From Escherichia phage pO103, in sequence record OR204651.1: DNA of 39,837 nucleotides, one strand, 5' to 3'. Made by a program: the position numbers and the translations under genes. The notes beneath the pieces were generated by a model. The model saw only the letters and a program-made list of their open reading frames with translations. It was not told the DNA's origin and did not search any database. How positions within the stretch are numbered: the first letter of the stretch is position 1; each line of letters starts with the position of its first letter. This document shows positions 8,412 through 19,246 of the stretch, piece by piece.

Positions 8412-8878
8412 TGACTTCTTATGACGCCATGATTATCAAACTTATTAACATGAACGAAGGCAGTCCAGATCATTTGTCTAACTGTTCCTTCCACTGTGCT
8501 GGAGTTCCTTGTAGTATCTGCCCAGCCGGTTATGATGAGGATATGACATTAGGTGAAATCCGAGCGATGGACCCACGTGCTCCCATAATGCCGGAGAAAC
8601 CAGCAGAGGTAGCTCCTACAGAGGACCAACCACAAGATATAGAGGGTGTTCGGACTCCGAGCCACTATATGTTGTTTGACGACATTGAGGCTATCGAAGT
8701 GATTGCTCGTTCGATGACCCGTGAGCAGTTCAAGGGGTACTGCTTAGGGAATATCCTTAAGTATCGCCTGCGTGCTGGTAAGAAATCTGAACTGGCATTC
8801 TTAGAGAAGGACATGGCGAAAGCTGGGTTCTATGGTGAACTGTTCGAGAAACATAAGGACAAGTGCTATGATTATTAA
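8411..8878 (+). CDS. 1.7: Gene 1.7 nucleotide (dNMP) kinase homolog
   Basis: 155 aa; C-terminal region SHYMLFDDIEAIEVIARSMT.EQFKGYC.GNILKYRLRAGKKSELA.LEKD.AKA.FY.ELFEKHKDKCY matches recalled T7 gp1.7. Confidence 0.75.
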   Translation: MTSYDAMIIKLINMNEGSPDHLSNCSFHCAGVPCSICPAGYDEDMTLGEIRAMDPRAPIMPEKPAEVAPTEDQPQDIEGVRTPSHYMLFDDIEAIEVIARSMTREQFKGYCLGNILKYRLRAGKKSELAFLEKDMAKAGFYGELFEKHKDKCYDY

Positions 8879-9041
8879 GGTCGAGTATGTGGGTGAAGAT
8901 GATATAATGGCACTAGTTAAACGCCATGACATATTCTTTGCAGAGCGAACATGGGACGGTAAGTTCTATAAGATCATGAACAAGCATGACGAAGAAGTAT
9001 ATCTTTCACGTAACGAGGTGATTGAATATGACGATGCTTAG
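8868..9041 (+). CDS. Gene 1.8-like hypothetical protein (57 aa)
   Basis: ORF starting MIIKVEYVG, overlaps 1.7 stop; AAGGA RBS. Confidence 0.45.
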   Translation: MIIKVEYVGEDDIMALVKRHDIFFAERTWDGKFYKIMNKHDEEVYLSRNEVIEYDDA

Positions 9042-9132
9042 ACCGAGTGAGTGGTGTGAGCGTATGTTCGAAAAGACGGGAAACGCTGACTACCTCGAAA
9101 TGTACAACCTGTGGAAAGGGAGAGGACAATGA
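9028..9132 (+). CDS. Small ORF (34 aa, [34 protein letters not shown])
   Basis: Strong GAGGTGA RBS 6 nt upstream; stop overlaps gene 2 start (ATGA). Confidence 0.3.
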   Translation: MTMLRPSEWCERMFEKTGNADYLEMYNLWKGRGQ

Positions 9133-9320
9133 GCAATTTAAACAAAGGGTCACTGGTCAACGGTGACAAGAAGTTCTTCGCAACGGTAGAAGGCCAAGGC
9201 CAATCGTTCGAAGTCCCTGTGTTCGCTATGTCTATCGAAGAGGCCAACGAGTTAGCTGAGTGGCAATATGTCCCGGCTGGCTTCGCAGTGACACGCATTC
9301 GTCCAGACCGAAAGGTTTAA
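9129..9320 (+). CDS. 2: Gene 2 inhibitor of host RNA polymerase (Gp2)
   Basis: 63 aa; [10 protein letters not shown]...FEVP...[14 protein letters not shown] matches T7 Gp2. Confidence 0.85.
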   Translation: MSNLNKGSLVNGDKKFFATVEGQGQSFEVPVFAMSIEEANELAEWQYVPAGFAVTRIRPDRKV

Positions 9321-9340
9321 TAGGACTCACTATTGGGGAG
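9318..9340 (+). promoter_or_regulatory. Phage promoter phi2.5 (TAATAGGACTCACTATTGGGGAG); transcript 5-prime stem-loop GGGGAGAC...GTTTCCCC
   Basis: Consensus match; precedes SSB gene. Confidence 0.8.
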
Positions 9341-9393
9341 ACACATCGTTTCCCCCACTTTTAACTTTAAGAAACCTCAAAAGGAGAAACATC

Positions 9394-10095
9394 ATGGCTT
9401 TCAATAAACGTAAAGTATTCACTTCCGCTCGTGGCGTTGCTGAACCTTACTGCTATCTGGCTAAACCAGACTTCGGTAGCGGTGACTTCAAGAACGAACG
9501 TGGTGTCTACAAAGTGTCACTGACTGTATCCAACGACGACCCTCGATGTCAGAAAATGATTGACGAGATTGTCGAAGCCCATGATACGGACTACGCTGCT
9601 CGACTCGAAGAGTACGAAGCGAACCCGCCGAAAGTTGTCAAGGGTAAGAAACCGCTGAAGCCATACGTTGGCGACATGCCTTTCATGGATAACGAAGATG
9701 GAACCACTACGTTCAACTTTAAGTGTTACGGCTCATACACTGATAAGAAGACTGGTGAGAACAAACCAATCGACTTGGCTATTGTGGACTCCAAAGGTAA
9801 GCGCATTCGTGGTGAGCGTCCGGCTATCTCAGGTGGCTCTGAACTGAAGATTAAATACACCCTGTTCCCTTACGGCTGGTCTGCTGTGGCAGGTGCTTCC
9901 GTTAAGCTGCAACTGGATTCCGTGATGCTGATTAAGCTGGTCGAGTTCGGTGGTGGTGAGGATGACTGGGGTGATGAAGTCGAAGAAGACGGTTATGTTG
10001 CTGATGAAGCACAGACCCGCAAGCCGCAGAACGACTCTGGCTGGGATGAAGAACCAGAAGAAGAGGATGATGAAGACGAAGACGGTGACTTTTAA
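9394..10095 (+). CDS. 2.5: Gene 2.5 single-stranded DNA-binding protein
   Basis: 233 aa; acidic C-terminal tail ending DEDGDF as in T7 gp2.5. Confidence 0.95.
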   Translation: MAFNKRKVFTSARGVAEPYCYLAKPDFGSGDFKNERGVYKVSLTVSNDDPRCQKMIDEIVEAHDTDYAARLEEYEANPPKVVKGKKPLKPYVGDMPFMDNEDGTTTFNFKCYGSYTDKKTGENKPIDLAIVDSKGKRIRGERPAISGGSELKIKYTLFPYGWSAVAGASVKLQLDSVMLIKLVEFGGGEDDWGDEVEEDGYVADEAQTRKPQNDSGWDEEPEEEDDEDEDGDF

Positions 10096-10515
10096 ATGAA
10101 CGTGCGGGAGAAAATCCTTGAGAGAATCAAGGTGACTCCTGCTGGATGTTGGGAGTGGACAGGTGCTGTGAACTCTAAAGGGTATGGTCAGGTATGGTGT
10201 GGAGACTCTAAGAAGACTCTATACTGTCACCGCATTATGTCCAACGCCCCAAAAGGTTCTACAGTCCTGCACTCCTGTGATAACCCATTATGTTGCAACC
10301 CTGCGCACCTATCAATTGGTACTCCTAAAGAGAACTCTGATGACATGGTGAATAAGGGTCGCTCTCACAAAGGATACAAACTATGTGATGAAGATGTGAT
10401 GGCTATTATAGAGTCCAGCGAGTCCGGCAAGCGCCTATCGCAGACCTATGGAGTCTCCCAACAGACTATCTGTGACATTAAAATGGGGAGGACTTATGGC
10501 AGGTTACGGCGCTAA
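10096..10515 (+). CDS. HNH-family endonuclease (homing-endonuclease-like), gene 2.8 position
   Basis: 139 aa; motif YCHRI...LHSCDNPLCCNPAHLSIGT plus C-terminal HTH-like segment; start coupled to 2.5 stop, 3-prime end overlaps gene 3. Confidence 0.75.
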   Translation: MNVREKILERIKVTPAGCWEWTGAVNSKGYGQVWCGDSKKTLYCHRIMSNAPKGSTVLHSCDNPLCCNPAHLSIGTPKENSDDMVNKGRSHKGYKLCDEDVMAIIESSESGKRLSQTYGVSQQTICDIKMGRTYGRLRR

Positions 10516-10948
10516 AGGAATCCGAAAGGTTGGGGCATTCCGCTCTGGCCTTGAGGACAAAGTGAGTAAACAACTCGAAGGAAAGGGTGTTAAGTTTGAT
10601 TATGAATTGTGGAAGATTCCCTATGTGGTTCCCGCAAGTAATCATGTGTACACACCAGATTTTTTATTACCTAACGGTATCTTTGTGGAGACAAAAGGCT
10701 TATGGGAAAGTGACGACCGAAAGAAGCACTTGCTGATTCGTGAACAGTACCCTGAACTGGACATCCGTCTGGTCTTTTCAAGCAGTCGCACCAAGATTTA
10801 CAAAGGGTCTCCAACAAGCTACGCAGAATTTTGTGAAAAGCATGGCATCTTATTTGCTGACAAGCTTATTCCAGTAGCGTGGCTCAAGGAAGCGTCCCGG
10901 TCCGTACCGTTTGATAAACTAAAGACCAAGAAGGAGAAGAAGAAATGA
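10496..10948 (+). CDS. 3: Gene 3 endonuclease I (Holliday junction resolvase)
   Basis: 150 aa from MAGYGAKGIRKVGAFRSGLEDK; near-identical to recalled T7 gp3; GGGGAGGA RBS. Confidence 0.9.
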   Translation: MAGYGAKGIRKVGAFRSGLEDKVSKQLEGKGVKFDYELWKIPYVVPASNHVYTPDFLLPNGIFVETKGLWESDDRKKHLLIREQYPELDIRLVFSSSRTKIYKGSPTSYAEFCEKHGILFADKLIPVAWLKEASRSVPFDKLKTKKEKKK

Positions 10949-11400
10949 GTAAGGTACAATTCAAACCACGCGCTGTGACAGAAGCAATCTTTGTCCACTG
11001 TAGCGCAACCAAAGCGTCCATGAATGTTGGGCTGCGTGAAATCCGTCAGTGGCATAAAGAACAAGGCTGGCTCGATGTAGGCTACCACTTCATTATTCGC
11101 CGTGATGGGACAATCGAAGAAGGCCGTCCGGTCGATGTCGTTGGGTCTCACGTTAAGGACTGGAACAGTAAGTCAGTCGGTGTGTGCCTCGTAGGTGGTA
11201 TCGACGATAAAGGTAAGTTCGAAGCTAACTTTACGCCAGCACAGATGCACTCTCTTAAAGAGAAACTTGCAGACCTGAAGGACATGTATCCTGATGCAGA
11301 AATTAAAGCTCATCATGACGTGGCACCTAAAGCCTGTCCGTCCTTCAACTTGAGCCGCTGGCTGAAGACTGGAGAACTGGTTACAAGCGATTGGGGTTAA
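10945..11400 (+). CDS. 3.5: Gene 3.5 lysozyme (N-acetylmuramoyl-L-alanine amidase) / RNAP inhibitor
   Basis: 151 aa; AIFVHCSATK...REIRQWHKEQGWLDVGYHFII matches T7 lysozyme. Confidence 0.95.
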   Translation: MSKVQFKPRAVTEAIFVHCSATKASMNVGLREIRQWHKEQGWLDVGYHFIIRRDGTIEEGRPVDVVGSHVKDWNSKSVGVCLVGGIDDKGKFEANFTPAQMHSLKEKLADLKDMYPDAEIKAHHDVAPKACPSFNLSRWLKTGELVTSDWG

Positions 11401-11420
11401 TAGAACTCACTATGGGAGGA
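11398..11420 (+). promoter_or_regulatory. Candidate phage promoter phi3.8-like (TAATAGAACTCACTAT-GGGAGGA, one nt short), followed by GGGAGGACCGAAAGGTTTCTCCC stem-loop
   Basis: Core ACTCACTAT plus GGGAGG; immediately after lysozyme stop. Confidence 0.5.
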
Positions 11421-11470
11421 CCGAAAGGTTTCTCCCTTTGTTCGCTAAAATTGTATAAGGAGTAATCACT

Positions 11471-13679
<2,209 letters not shown>

Positions 13680-13686
<7 letters not shown>

Positions 13687-13702
13687 GACTCACTAATGGG
13701 AC
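13680..13702 (+). promoter_or_regulatory. Candidate phage promoter phi4.3-like (AAATAAGACTCACTAATGGGACA)
   Basis: Core GACTCACTA with 3-4 mismatches in -17 to -12. Confidence 0.45.
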
Positions 13703-13746
13703 AGACACTCTGTTCCAACTTATCAATCCTCTTAAGGAGAATCACA

Positions 13747-13959
13747 ATGTTTAAATTCATCAATACTCTTGGTAAACTGGTAGTTAAAATGTACTTCCGT
13801 GAAGCTAAACGTCTGAACGACAAGGCACGTAAGGACGCTGCACAGGCTCAACGCTTGGCTAAACAGGCTCGTCTGCTGTCTGAAGATGCAAGTGCTGGCG
13901 TAACGTCTGCTGCTAAGATTGCAGCTAAAGCAACCGACCTCAACAAATTCTTCCTGTAA
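13747..13959 (+). CDS. 4.3: Gene 4.3 protein (70 aa)
   Basis: MFKFINTLGKLVVKMYFREAKRLNDKARK resembles T7 gp4.3 (70 aa); AAGGAGA RBS. Confidence 0.7.
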   Translation: MFKFINTLGKLVVKMYFREAKRLNDKARKDAAQAQRLAKQARLLSEDASAGVTSAAKIAAKATDLNKFFL

Positions 13960-13970
13960 GGGTTACTGTG

Positions 13971-14150
13971 ATGATTACGATAACCCTTGTGCTCACTCTG
14001 ATAACTGCGAGTGGGCAATCCATAAGCCAAGTCCCAATCACAGCACCGAAAGCTGAGGCATACGAGATATGTGAGCGTGAAGGTCGCTCGTGGTCTAAAA
14101 ACTTATTGAAGAATGGCAGGGTTCTTACTGCCGAATACAACTGCATATAA
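13971..14150 (+). CDS. Hypothetical small protein (59 aa), hydrophobic N-terminus (possible signal peptide or TM)
   Basis: ORF following 4.3; weak RBS. Confidence 0.4.
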   Translation: MITITLVLTLITASGQSISQVPITAPKAEAYEICEREGRSWSKNLLKNGRVLTAEYNCI

Positions 14151-14165
14151 TAGGAGTGACACATC

Positions 14166-14468
14166 ATGGCTATTAAATTCCCCGGTAACACTATCCGTCT
14201 GTCCGACACCATCGACCAGTATGCTCGTCGAGTTCACATCAACGTCCGCAACGGCAAGGTAACTCTGGTCTACCGTTGGAAAGACCGTAAGTCCACCAAG
14301 GCGCACACACAGCGTGTAACTTTGGATGACATACAGACAGGTCGTCTGACGGCTTCCATTGCTGTAGCTGCTACTGTGGCTGTAGGTGAAGATAAGACTC
14401 GTGAACTCCTGCTGTCCAAAGTGGCTGGCGAAGAGGGCATGATTCTGGCTGCGAAGTCTGGAATCTAA
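14166..14468 (+). CDS. Hypothetical protein (100 aa), gene 4.5 position
   Basis: Strong RBS TAGGAGTGA; ORF. Confidence 0.55.
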   Translation: MAIKFPGNTIRLSDTIDQYARRVHINVRNGKVTLVYRWKDRKSTKAHTQRVTLDDIQTGRLTASIAVAATVAVGEDKTRELLLSKVAGEEGMILAAKSGI

Positions 14469-14469
14469 A

Positions 14470-14516
14470 GAGTTAAACTAAAGGTCATCTCCGGGTGGCC
14501 TTCGTGATTAACTTTT
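14470..14516 (+). promoter_or_regulatory. RNase III site R4.7-like (TTAAACTAAAGGTCATCTCCGGGTGGCCTTCGTGATTAAC)
   Basis: Conserved arms. Confidence 0.55.
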
Positions 14517-14525
14517 GTATGAAAT

Positions 14526-14548
14526 CTATTCAACTCACTAATGGGAGA
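14526..14548 (+). promoter_or_regulatory. Candidate degenerate phage promoter (CTATTCAACTCACTAATGGGAGA)
   Basis: Core ACTCACTAATGGGAGA intact, upstream half divergent. Confidence 0.4.
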
Positions 14549-14556
14549 ACAACACT

Positions 14557-14955
14557 ATGCGTAATCGTAATGTAATCGAAGCTGAAATCTCTAAGCTGCA
14601 AGCTGAACTGGCTGATGTCAAAGAGTATGAATGCGCTCGTGACTCTGCGATACACATCCTGAAGAACTTAGGGTGGACCCGTAAGTACGGCAAGTGGGTG
14701 AAACCTGCCAAGGCAAACACCAAGCTGTTCGATAAGGACACCATGACCCACATTAAGGCAGGTGACTTCTGCGCATCAACTGAGACATCCTCTCTATGGT
14801 ACGTGCGCACGGTCGCTGGCAACATCTGCTGGTGCTCACGAGTGTCCCGCATTGCTCCTAATGGAACCTTAGTGACCAGCAACAACGTTGGAATCAAAGC
14901 TGAGAACCTGAAGGTAATCAACGTGAAAGACTATATGGGATACACCCATCGTTAA
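14557..14955 (+). CDS. Gene 4.7-like hypothetical protein (132 aa)
   Basis: ORF; size and position match T7 gp4.7 (135 aa). Confidence 0.55.
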   Translation: MRNRNVIEAEISKLQAELADVKEYECARDSAIHILKNLGWTRKYGKWVKPAKANTKLFDKDTMTHIKAGDFCASTETSSLWYVRTVAGNICWCSRVSRIAPNGTLVTSNNVGIKAENLKVINVKDYMGYTHR

Positions 14956-14974
14956 ACTTTAAGGAGTAAACACA

Positions 14975-17089
14975 ATGTTACTATCCGACATCGAAACAAA
15001 CGGGCTGCTGCACAACGTTAGTCAATTTCACTGTGCGGTGACTTACGACTACACAACTGACCAGTACATCCGTTATCGACCTGATGACTTTGGGGCATAC
15101 ATTGATTCACTCGAAGCTGAGGTTGCTCGCGGTGGTCTCATTGTGTTTCACAACGGGCACAAGTATGATGTTCCGGTTATCGAGAAGCTGGCAAAGCTGA
15201 TTCTGAATCGTGACGTTAAGTTCCCGAAAGAGAACGTATTGGACACCTTAGTGATGTCCCGACTGATTTACTCTAACATCAAAGACACCGATGCTGGTCT
15301 GCTCCGTGCTGGCAAGCTACCGGGTAGTCGCTTTGGGTCTCACGCTCTGGAAGCATGGGGCTACCGCTTAGGCGAAATGAAGGGTGAGTACAAGGACGAC
15401 TTTAAGAAGTCACTGGAAGAGTCTGGTGATGAATACGAAGACGGGATGGAGTGGCTGTTCTTCAACGAAGACATGATGGAATATAACGTTCAAGACGTTG
15501 TAGTCACCAAGGCACTCTTTGAGAAACTGTGTAGTAACACTTTCTATTTCCCTAACGAGACACCCGCTGGAAGCACAGAAGCAGACCGTTTCTGGAATGG
15601 TAGCATTGAGGCTGTCAAACTGGAACATGATGCTGCATGGTTGTTAGCTAAGATGGAACGTAACGGTTTTCCTATTGACATCAAGTCCTTAGAGAACCTC
15701 TACGCTGAACTGGCTGGTCGCCGTGGTGAACTGCTGGTCGAACTGACCAACACTTTCGGCTCATGGTATCAGGCCAAGGGTGGTGTTGAGGCATTCCGTC
15801 ATCCGAGAACTGGTAAGCCGCTCACTAAGTATCCTCGTGTGAAGTATCCGAAACAGGGTGGCATCTTTAAGAAGCCGAAGAACAAGAAGCAACGTGAAGG
15901 TCTGGAACCTTGTGAACTGGACACTCGTGATTATGTAGAGGGCGCTCCATATACGCCTGTAGAGCACGTTGTGTTTAACCCTGCAAGTCGTGAACACATC
16001 ACCCGTGTGCTTACCAAAGCTGGATGGGTTCCAGTTGAGTTAACTCCTAGTGGTGCACCAAAGGTAGACGATGAGGTCTTAGAGCACGTTAAGGTTGACG
16101 ACCCTGATGCACAGCGTTGCATTGAGTTGATTAAAGAATACCTTATGATTCAGAAGCGTATCGGTCAGGTTGCTGAAGGTGATAACGGCTGGCTCCGAAT
16201 GATTGGAGATGATGGTCGTATTCACGGAAGCGTTAACCCGAACGGTGCGGTAACTGGTCGTGCAACTCATAGCTTCCCTAACGTGGCACAGGTGCCTTCA
16301 ATCCGTGCTGCATATGGTGAACCTTGTCGTGCTGCTTTCGGTGCCGAGCATAACCTGAAAGACGGTAAGCCAGACCCTTGGATTCAAGTTGGTGTGGATG
16401 CGTCAGGCCTTGAGCTACGCTGCTTGGGCCACTTCATGTATCGTTATGATGAGGGTGAGTACGTTGAGACTATCCTCACTGGTGACATCCATACGAAGAA
16501 CCAATTGGCTGCTGGTCTGCCTACTCGTGATAACGCTAAGACGTTTATCTATGGGTTCCTCTATGGTGCTGGTGCTGCGAAGATTGGACAGATTGTTGGT
16601 GGCACTGCCGAAGATGGTAAGCGACTCATCAAGAACTTCCTTGAGCAAACTCCGGCTATTGCTGCATTACGTGAAGCAATCACAGGGACACTCGTCAAGG
16701 ACTCCAAGTGGGTTGGCGGTGAACAGAAAGTAACTTGGAAACGCCGTTGGGTTCGAGGCTTGGATGGTCGTAAAGTACACGTCCGTAGTCCTCACGCTGC
16801 GTTGAACACCTTGTTGCAGTCTGCTGGTGCACTTATTTGTAAACTGTGGATTGTCAAGACAGAAGAGATGCTCCTTGAGATGGGCTATAAGCACGGCTGG
16901 GATGGTGACTTCTGCCTCATGGGGTGGATACACGATGAGCAACAGCTTGCTTGCCGTACTGAAGAGATTGCCAAAGTTGTAATCGAAGTCTCTCAACAGG
17001 CTATGCGCTGGGTAGGCGACCACTTTAACTTCCGGTGCCAATTAGATACCGAAGGAAAGATGGGGCCGAATTGGGCTGTATGTCACTAA
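14975..17089 (+). CDS. 5: Gene 5 DNA polymerase (family A, with 3-prime to 5-prime exonuclease domain)
   Basis: 704 aa, identical length to T7 gp5; motifs DIETNGL (exo I), RDNAKTFIYGFLYG, HDE. Confidence 0.98.
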   Translation: MLLSDIETNGLLHNVSQFHCAVTYDYTTDQYIRYRPDDFGAYIDSLEAEVARGGLIVFHNGHKYDVPVIEKLAKLILNRDVKFPKENVLDTLVMSRLIYSNIKDTDAGLLRAGKLPGSRFGSHALEAWGYRLGEMKGEYKDDFKKSLEESGDEYEDGMEWLFFNEDMMEYNVQDVVVTKALFEKLCSNTFYFPNETPAGSTEADRFWNGSIEAVKLEHDAAWLLAKMERNGFPIDIKSLENLYAELAGRRGELLVELTNTFGSWYQAKGGVEAFRHPRTGKPLTKYPRVKYPKQGGIFKKPKNKKQREGLEPCELDTRDYVEGAPYTPVEHVVFNPASREHITRVLTKAGWVPVELTPSGAPKVDDEVLEHVKVDDPDAQRCIELIKEYLMIQKRIGQVAEGDNGWLRMIGDDGRIHGSVNPNGAVTGRATHSFPNVAQVPSIRAAYGEPCRAAFGAEHNLKDGKPDPWIQVGVDASGLELRCLGHFMYRYDEGEYVETILTGDIHTKNQLAAGLPTRDNAKTFIYGFLYGAGAAKIGQIVGGTAEDGKRLIKNFLEQTPAIAALREAITGTLVKDSKWVGGEQKVTWKRRWVRGLDGRKVHVRSPHAALNTLLQSAGALICKLWIVKTEEMLLEMGYKHGWDGDFCLMGWIHDEQQLACRTEEIAKVVIEVSQQAMRWVGDHFNFRCQLDTEGKMGPNWAVCH

Positions 17090-17108
17090 TTAACAGGAGA
17101 AATATATC

Positions 17109-17411
17109 ATGGCTATTACTAAACGTTTTAAAGTATCATTCGAAGTTACTGCTGTAATCGATAGCGAGTCTGAGAACAACCTGAATGATTTACTCGTAGA
17201 CATCGCTAAGAAAGCCGCCACTGGTGAGGAACTTAACCCGCTTAAACGTGAGTTGCTAGTTCAGGGTCTAACCTATGGGCCAGAAGGTGCTGCCACATTC
17301 TGTATCAAGCAGAGTCTTCGCAATTTTATTCGGGAGTGTCACGGCGAACTGAGTTCAACAGAGAGAAAGCACATGCGATTCTCCCCAGCTACTATTCGTG
17401 AGGTGAAGTAA
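17109..17411 (+). CDS. 5.5: Gene 5.5 protein (H-NS-binding in T7)
   Basis: 100 aa; MAITKRFKVSFEVTA and SPATIREV match T7 gp5.5. Confidence 0.75.
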   Translation: MAITKRFKVSFEVTAVIDSESENNLNDLLVDIAKKAATGEELNPLKRELLVQGLTYGPEGAATFCIKQSLRNFIRECHGELSSTERKHMRFSPATIREVK

Positions 17412-17620
17412 TGGGTGATTATCTACGTGTACTGGCGGCTATCAAAAGCTGCCCTAAGACCTTTCAGTCGAACTATGTACGCAACAATGCGTCACTGGTG
17501 GCTGAGGCTGCGAGTCGTGGCCATATCTCTTGCCTATCAGTCGATGGGCGTAATGCTGGCGCTTGGGAAGTAACAGGTTCTGGTGTTCGTTTCCTGAAGA
17601 AGATGGGAGGTTGTGTATGA
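17411..17620 (+). CDS. 5.7: Gene 5.7 protein
   Basis: 69 aa; AIKSCPKTFQSNYVRNNASLVAEAASRGHISCL identical to recalled T7 gp5.7. Confidence 0.8.
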   Translation: MGDYLRVLAAIKSCPKTFQSNYVRNNASLVAEAASRGHISCLSVDGRNAGAWEVTGSGVRFLKKMGGCV

Positions 17621-18531
17621 GCGCTCTTACACTGAAGGAGTTCTATGAGATTCGCCAAGGTAAATCCGACAAGGGTGTTCTCGTAATGGATGGTGACTGG
17701 CTGGTATTTCAGGCAATGGCTGCAAGCGAAGTCGAGACCGATTGGGGAGATGACACATGGACCTTAGAATGCGATCATGGGAAAGCGTGGAGCATTCTGG
17801 TAGACTCCATCAAGTCCTATGCCGGTCGCAAGAAGGCTTGGCGTGATGCGCCTATCGTATTGGCCTTCACTGACTCTGTGAACTGGCGTAAGGAACTGGT
17901 GGACCCTACCTATAAGGAGAACCGTAAGGCATCCCGTAAGCCTGTAGGCTACCGTGCGTTCATCGAGCGTGTTCAAGCCTTTGAGGACTGGACGTCTATC
18001 CTTGAGCCTCGCTTAGAGGGTGATGACGTAATGGGTATCATCGGGTCCGGTGCTAAACACTTTGGATTCAAGAAGGCTGTGCTGGTCTCCTGTGATAAGG
18101 ACTTTAAGACTATCCCTGATTGTGACTTCTTGTGGTGCACTACTGGTAACATCTTGACTCAAGACCAGACGACTGCCGACTACTGGCACATCTATCAGAC
18201 CATTAAGGGTGACTTGACAGATGGCTATGGTGGCATTCCGGGCTGGGGTGAGACTACCGCTGAGTGGCTGGAGAACCCATATGCATTTGAACAGGTTGAG
18301 AAAACTTTCAAGTCTGGTGCTCGTAAGGGACAGACAGTTCTCGAATGGAAAAAGGTTGACATGGGTGAGCGAACCCTATGGGAAGCCATTGTGACACTTG
18401 GCGCGAAAGCTGGGATGACCGAGCAGGAAATCATTAAGCAGGGCCAGATGGCTCGCATCCTACGTTTCGAAGAGTACAACTTTATCGACAAGGAGATTTA
18501 CCTATGGTCGCCGGAACAGTTGCGCTCGTGA
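17617..18531 (+). CDS. 6: Gene 6 5-prime to 3-prime exonuclease
   Basis: 304 aa from MSALTLKEFYEI; VMDGDWLVFQAM and GDDVMG motifs match T7 gp6; ATG overlaps 5.7 stop. Confidence 0.95.
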   Translation: MSALTLKEFYEIRQGKSDKGVLVMDGDWLVFQAMAASEVETDWGDDTWTLECDHGKAWSILVDSIKSYAGRKKAWRDAPIVLAFTDSVNWRKELVDPTYKENRKASRKPVGYRAFIERVQAFEDWTSILEPRLEGDDVMGIIGSGAKHFGFKKAVLVSCDKDFKTIPDCDFLWCTTGNILTQDQTTADYWHIYQTIKGDLTDGYGGIPGWGETTAEWLENPYAFEQVEKTFKSGARKGQTVLEWKKVDMGERTLWEAIVTLGAKAGMTEQEIIKQGQMARILRFEEYNFIDKEIYLWSPEQLRS

Positions 18532-18618
18532 TGTTCACAGCCATAGCCTTCTCTATGGTGTGGGCTGCATTTATAGCTAAGAGTGTGTAACTCTAGGCAT
18601 TCTTCTCGACAGTGAAAT

Positions 18619-18641
18619 TAATACGACTCACTATTGAGAGG
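18619..18641 (+). promoter_or_regulatory. Phage promoter phi6.5 (TAATACGACTCACTATTGAGAGG)
   Basis: Consensus match. Confidence 0.85.
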
Positions 18642-18693
18642 GGTGCCTATATGATACCTACTTTAAGTTCTAACTTTAAGGAGAACATTAACT

Positions 18694-18942
18694 ATGTTAA
18701 CCCCTATTAAGAAATACTTAGAGAACCCACAAGATATTCCTAACGTGCCTCGCGCAACTATGGAGTACCTTCAGGTTCAATTCAATGCTGGATATGCTAT
18801 TCAGTCTGGTCTAATCAACCGATTGAAACAGGCTGGGTGGTCTGAAAGCTACATCGCTGGGTTCCTCGCTGGTCTCAACTATGCGTCTCAAACCTTAGAC
18901 GACATGGAGACAGTCCGTAAGGAACTGGCAGAATCCCAATAA
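18694..18942 (+). CDS. 6.5: Gene 6.5 protein
   Basis: 82 aa ORF with AAGGAGA RBS, T7 gp6.5 position. Confidence 0.7.
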   Translation: MLTPIKKYLENPQDIPNVPRATMEYLQVQFNAGYAIQSGLINRLKQAGWSESYIAGFLAGLNYASQTLDDMETVRKELAESQ

Positions 18943-18955
18943 CACAGGAGGTCTT

Positions 18956-19228
18956 ATGTGCTTTTCGCCGAAGATTAAGACACCTAAAGTGGATACAAAC
19001 CAAGTCCGTGCGGTAGACCCTGCACCACTCACTGAGGAACCGAAAGGTGTTCTCTTTGGTGGCGAAGAGGACAACGATAGCGGAACCTCTTCTGAGGTAC
19101 CAACTGGTGGCAAGAAGTCCCTGAAGGTGGAACTGGATGACTCCGTTGAGAAATCCAAGAAGGCTGATAATACAGCCAAGCAGAAGTCCAAGTCTGGTAT
19201 TCGTACCAGTGTCTTTAAGAAGAAATAA
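18956..19228 (+). CDS. 6.7: Gene 6.7 virion (head) protein
   Basis: 90 aa Lys-rich protein, AGGAGG RBS. Confidence 0.7.
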   Translation: MCFSPKIKTPKVDTNQVRAVDPAPLTEEPKGVLFGGEEDNDSGTSSEVPTGGKKSLKVELDDSVEKSKKADNTAKQKSKSGIRTSVFKKK

Positions 19229-19246
19229 CTAGGAGGAGTTCGGTAA

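Noticed and set aside
18531-18590. 19-aa hydrophobic ORF starting at the gene 6 stop
   Set aside because: Plausible gene 6.3-like peptide but very short, with no clear RBS and overlapping a hairpin; insufficient evidence.
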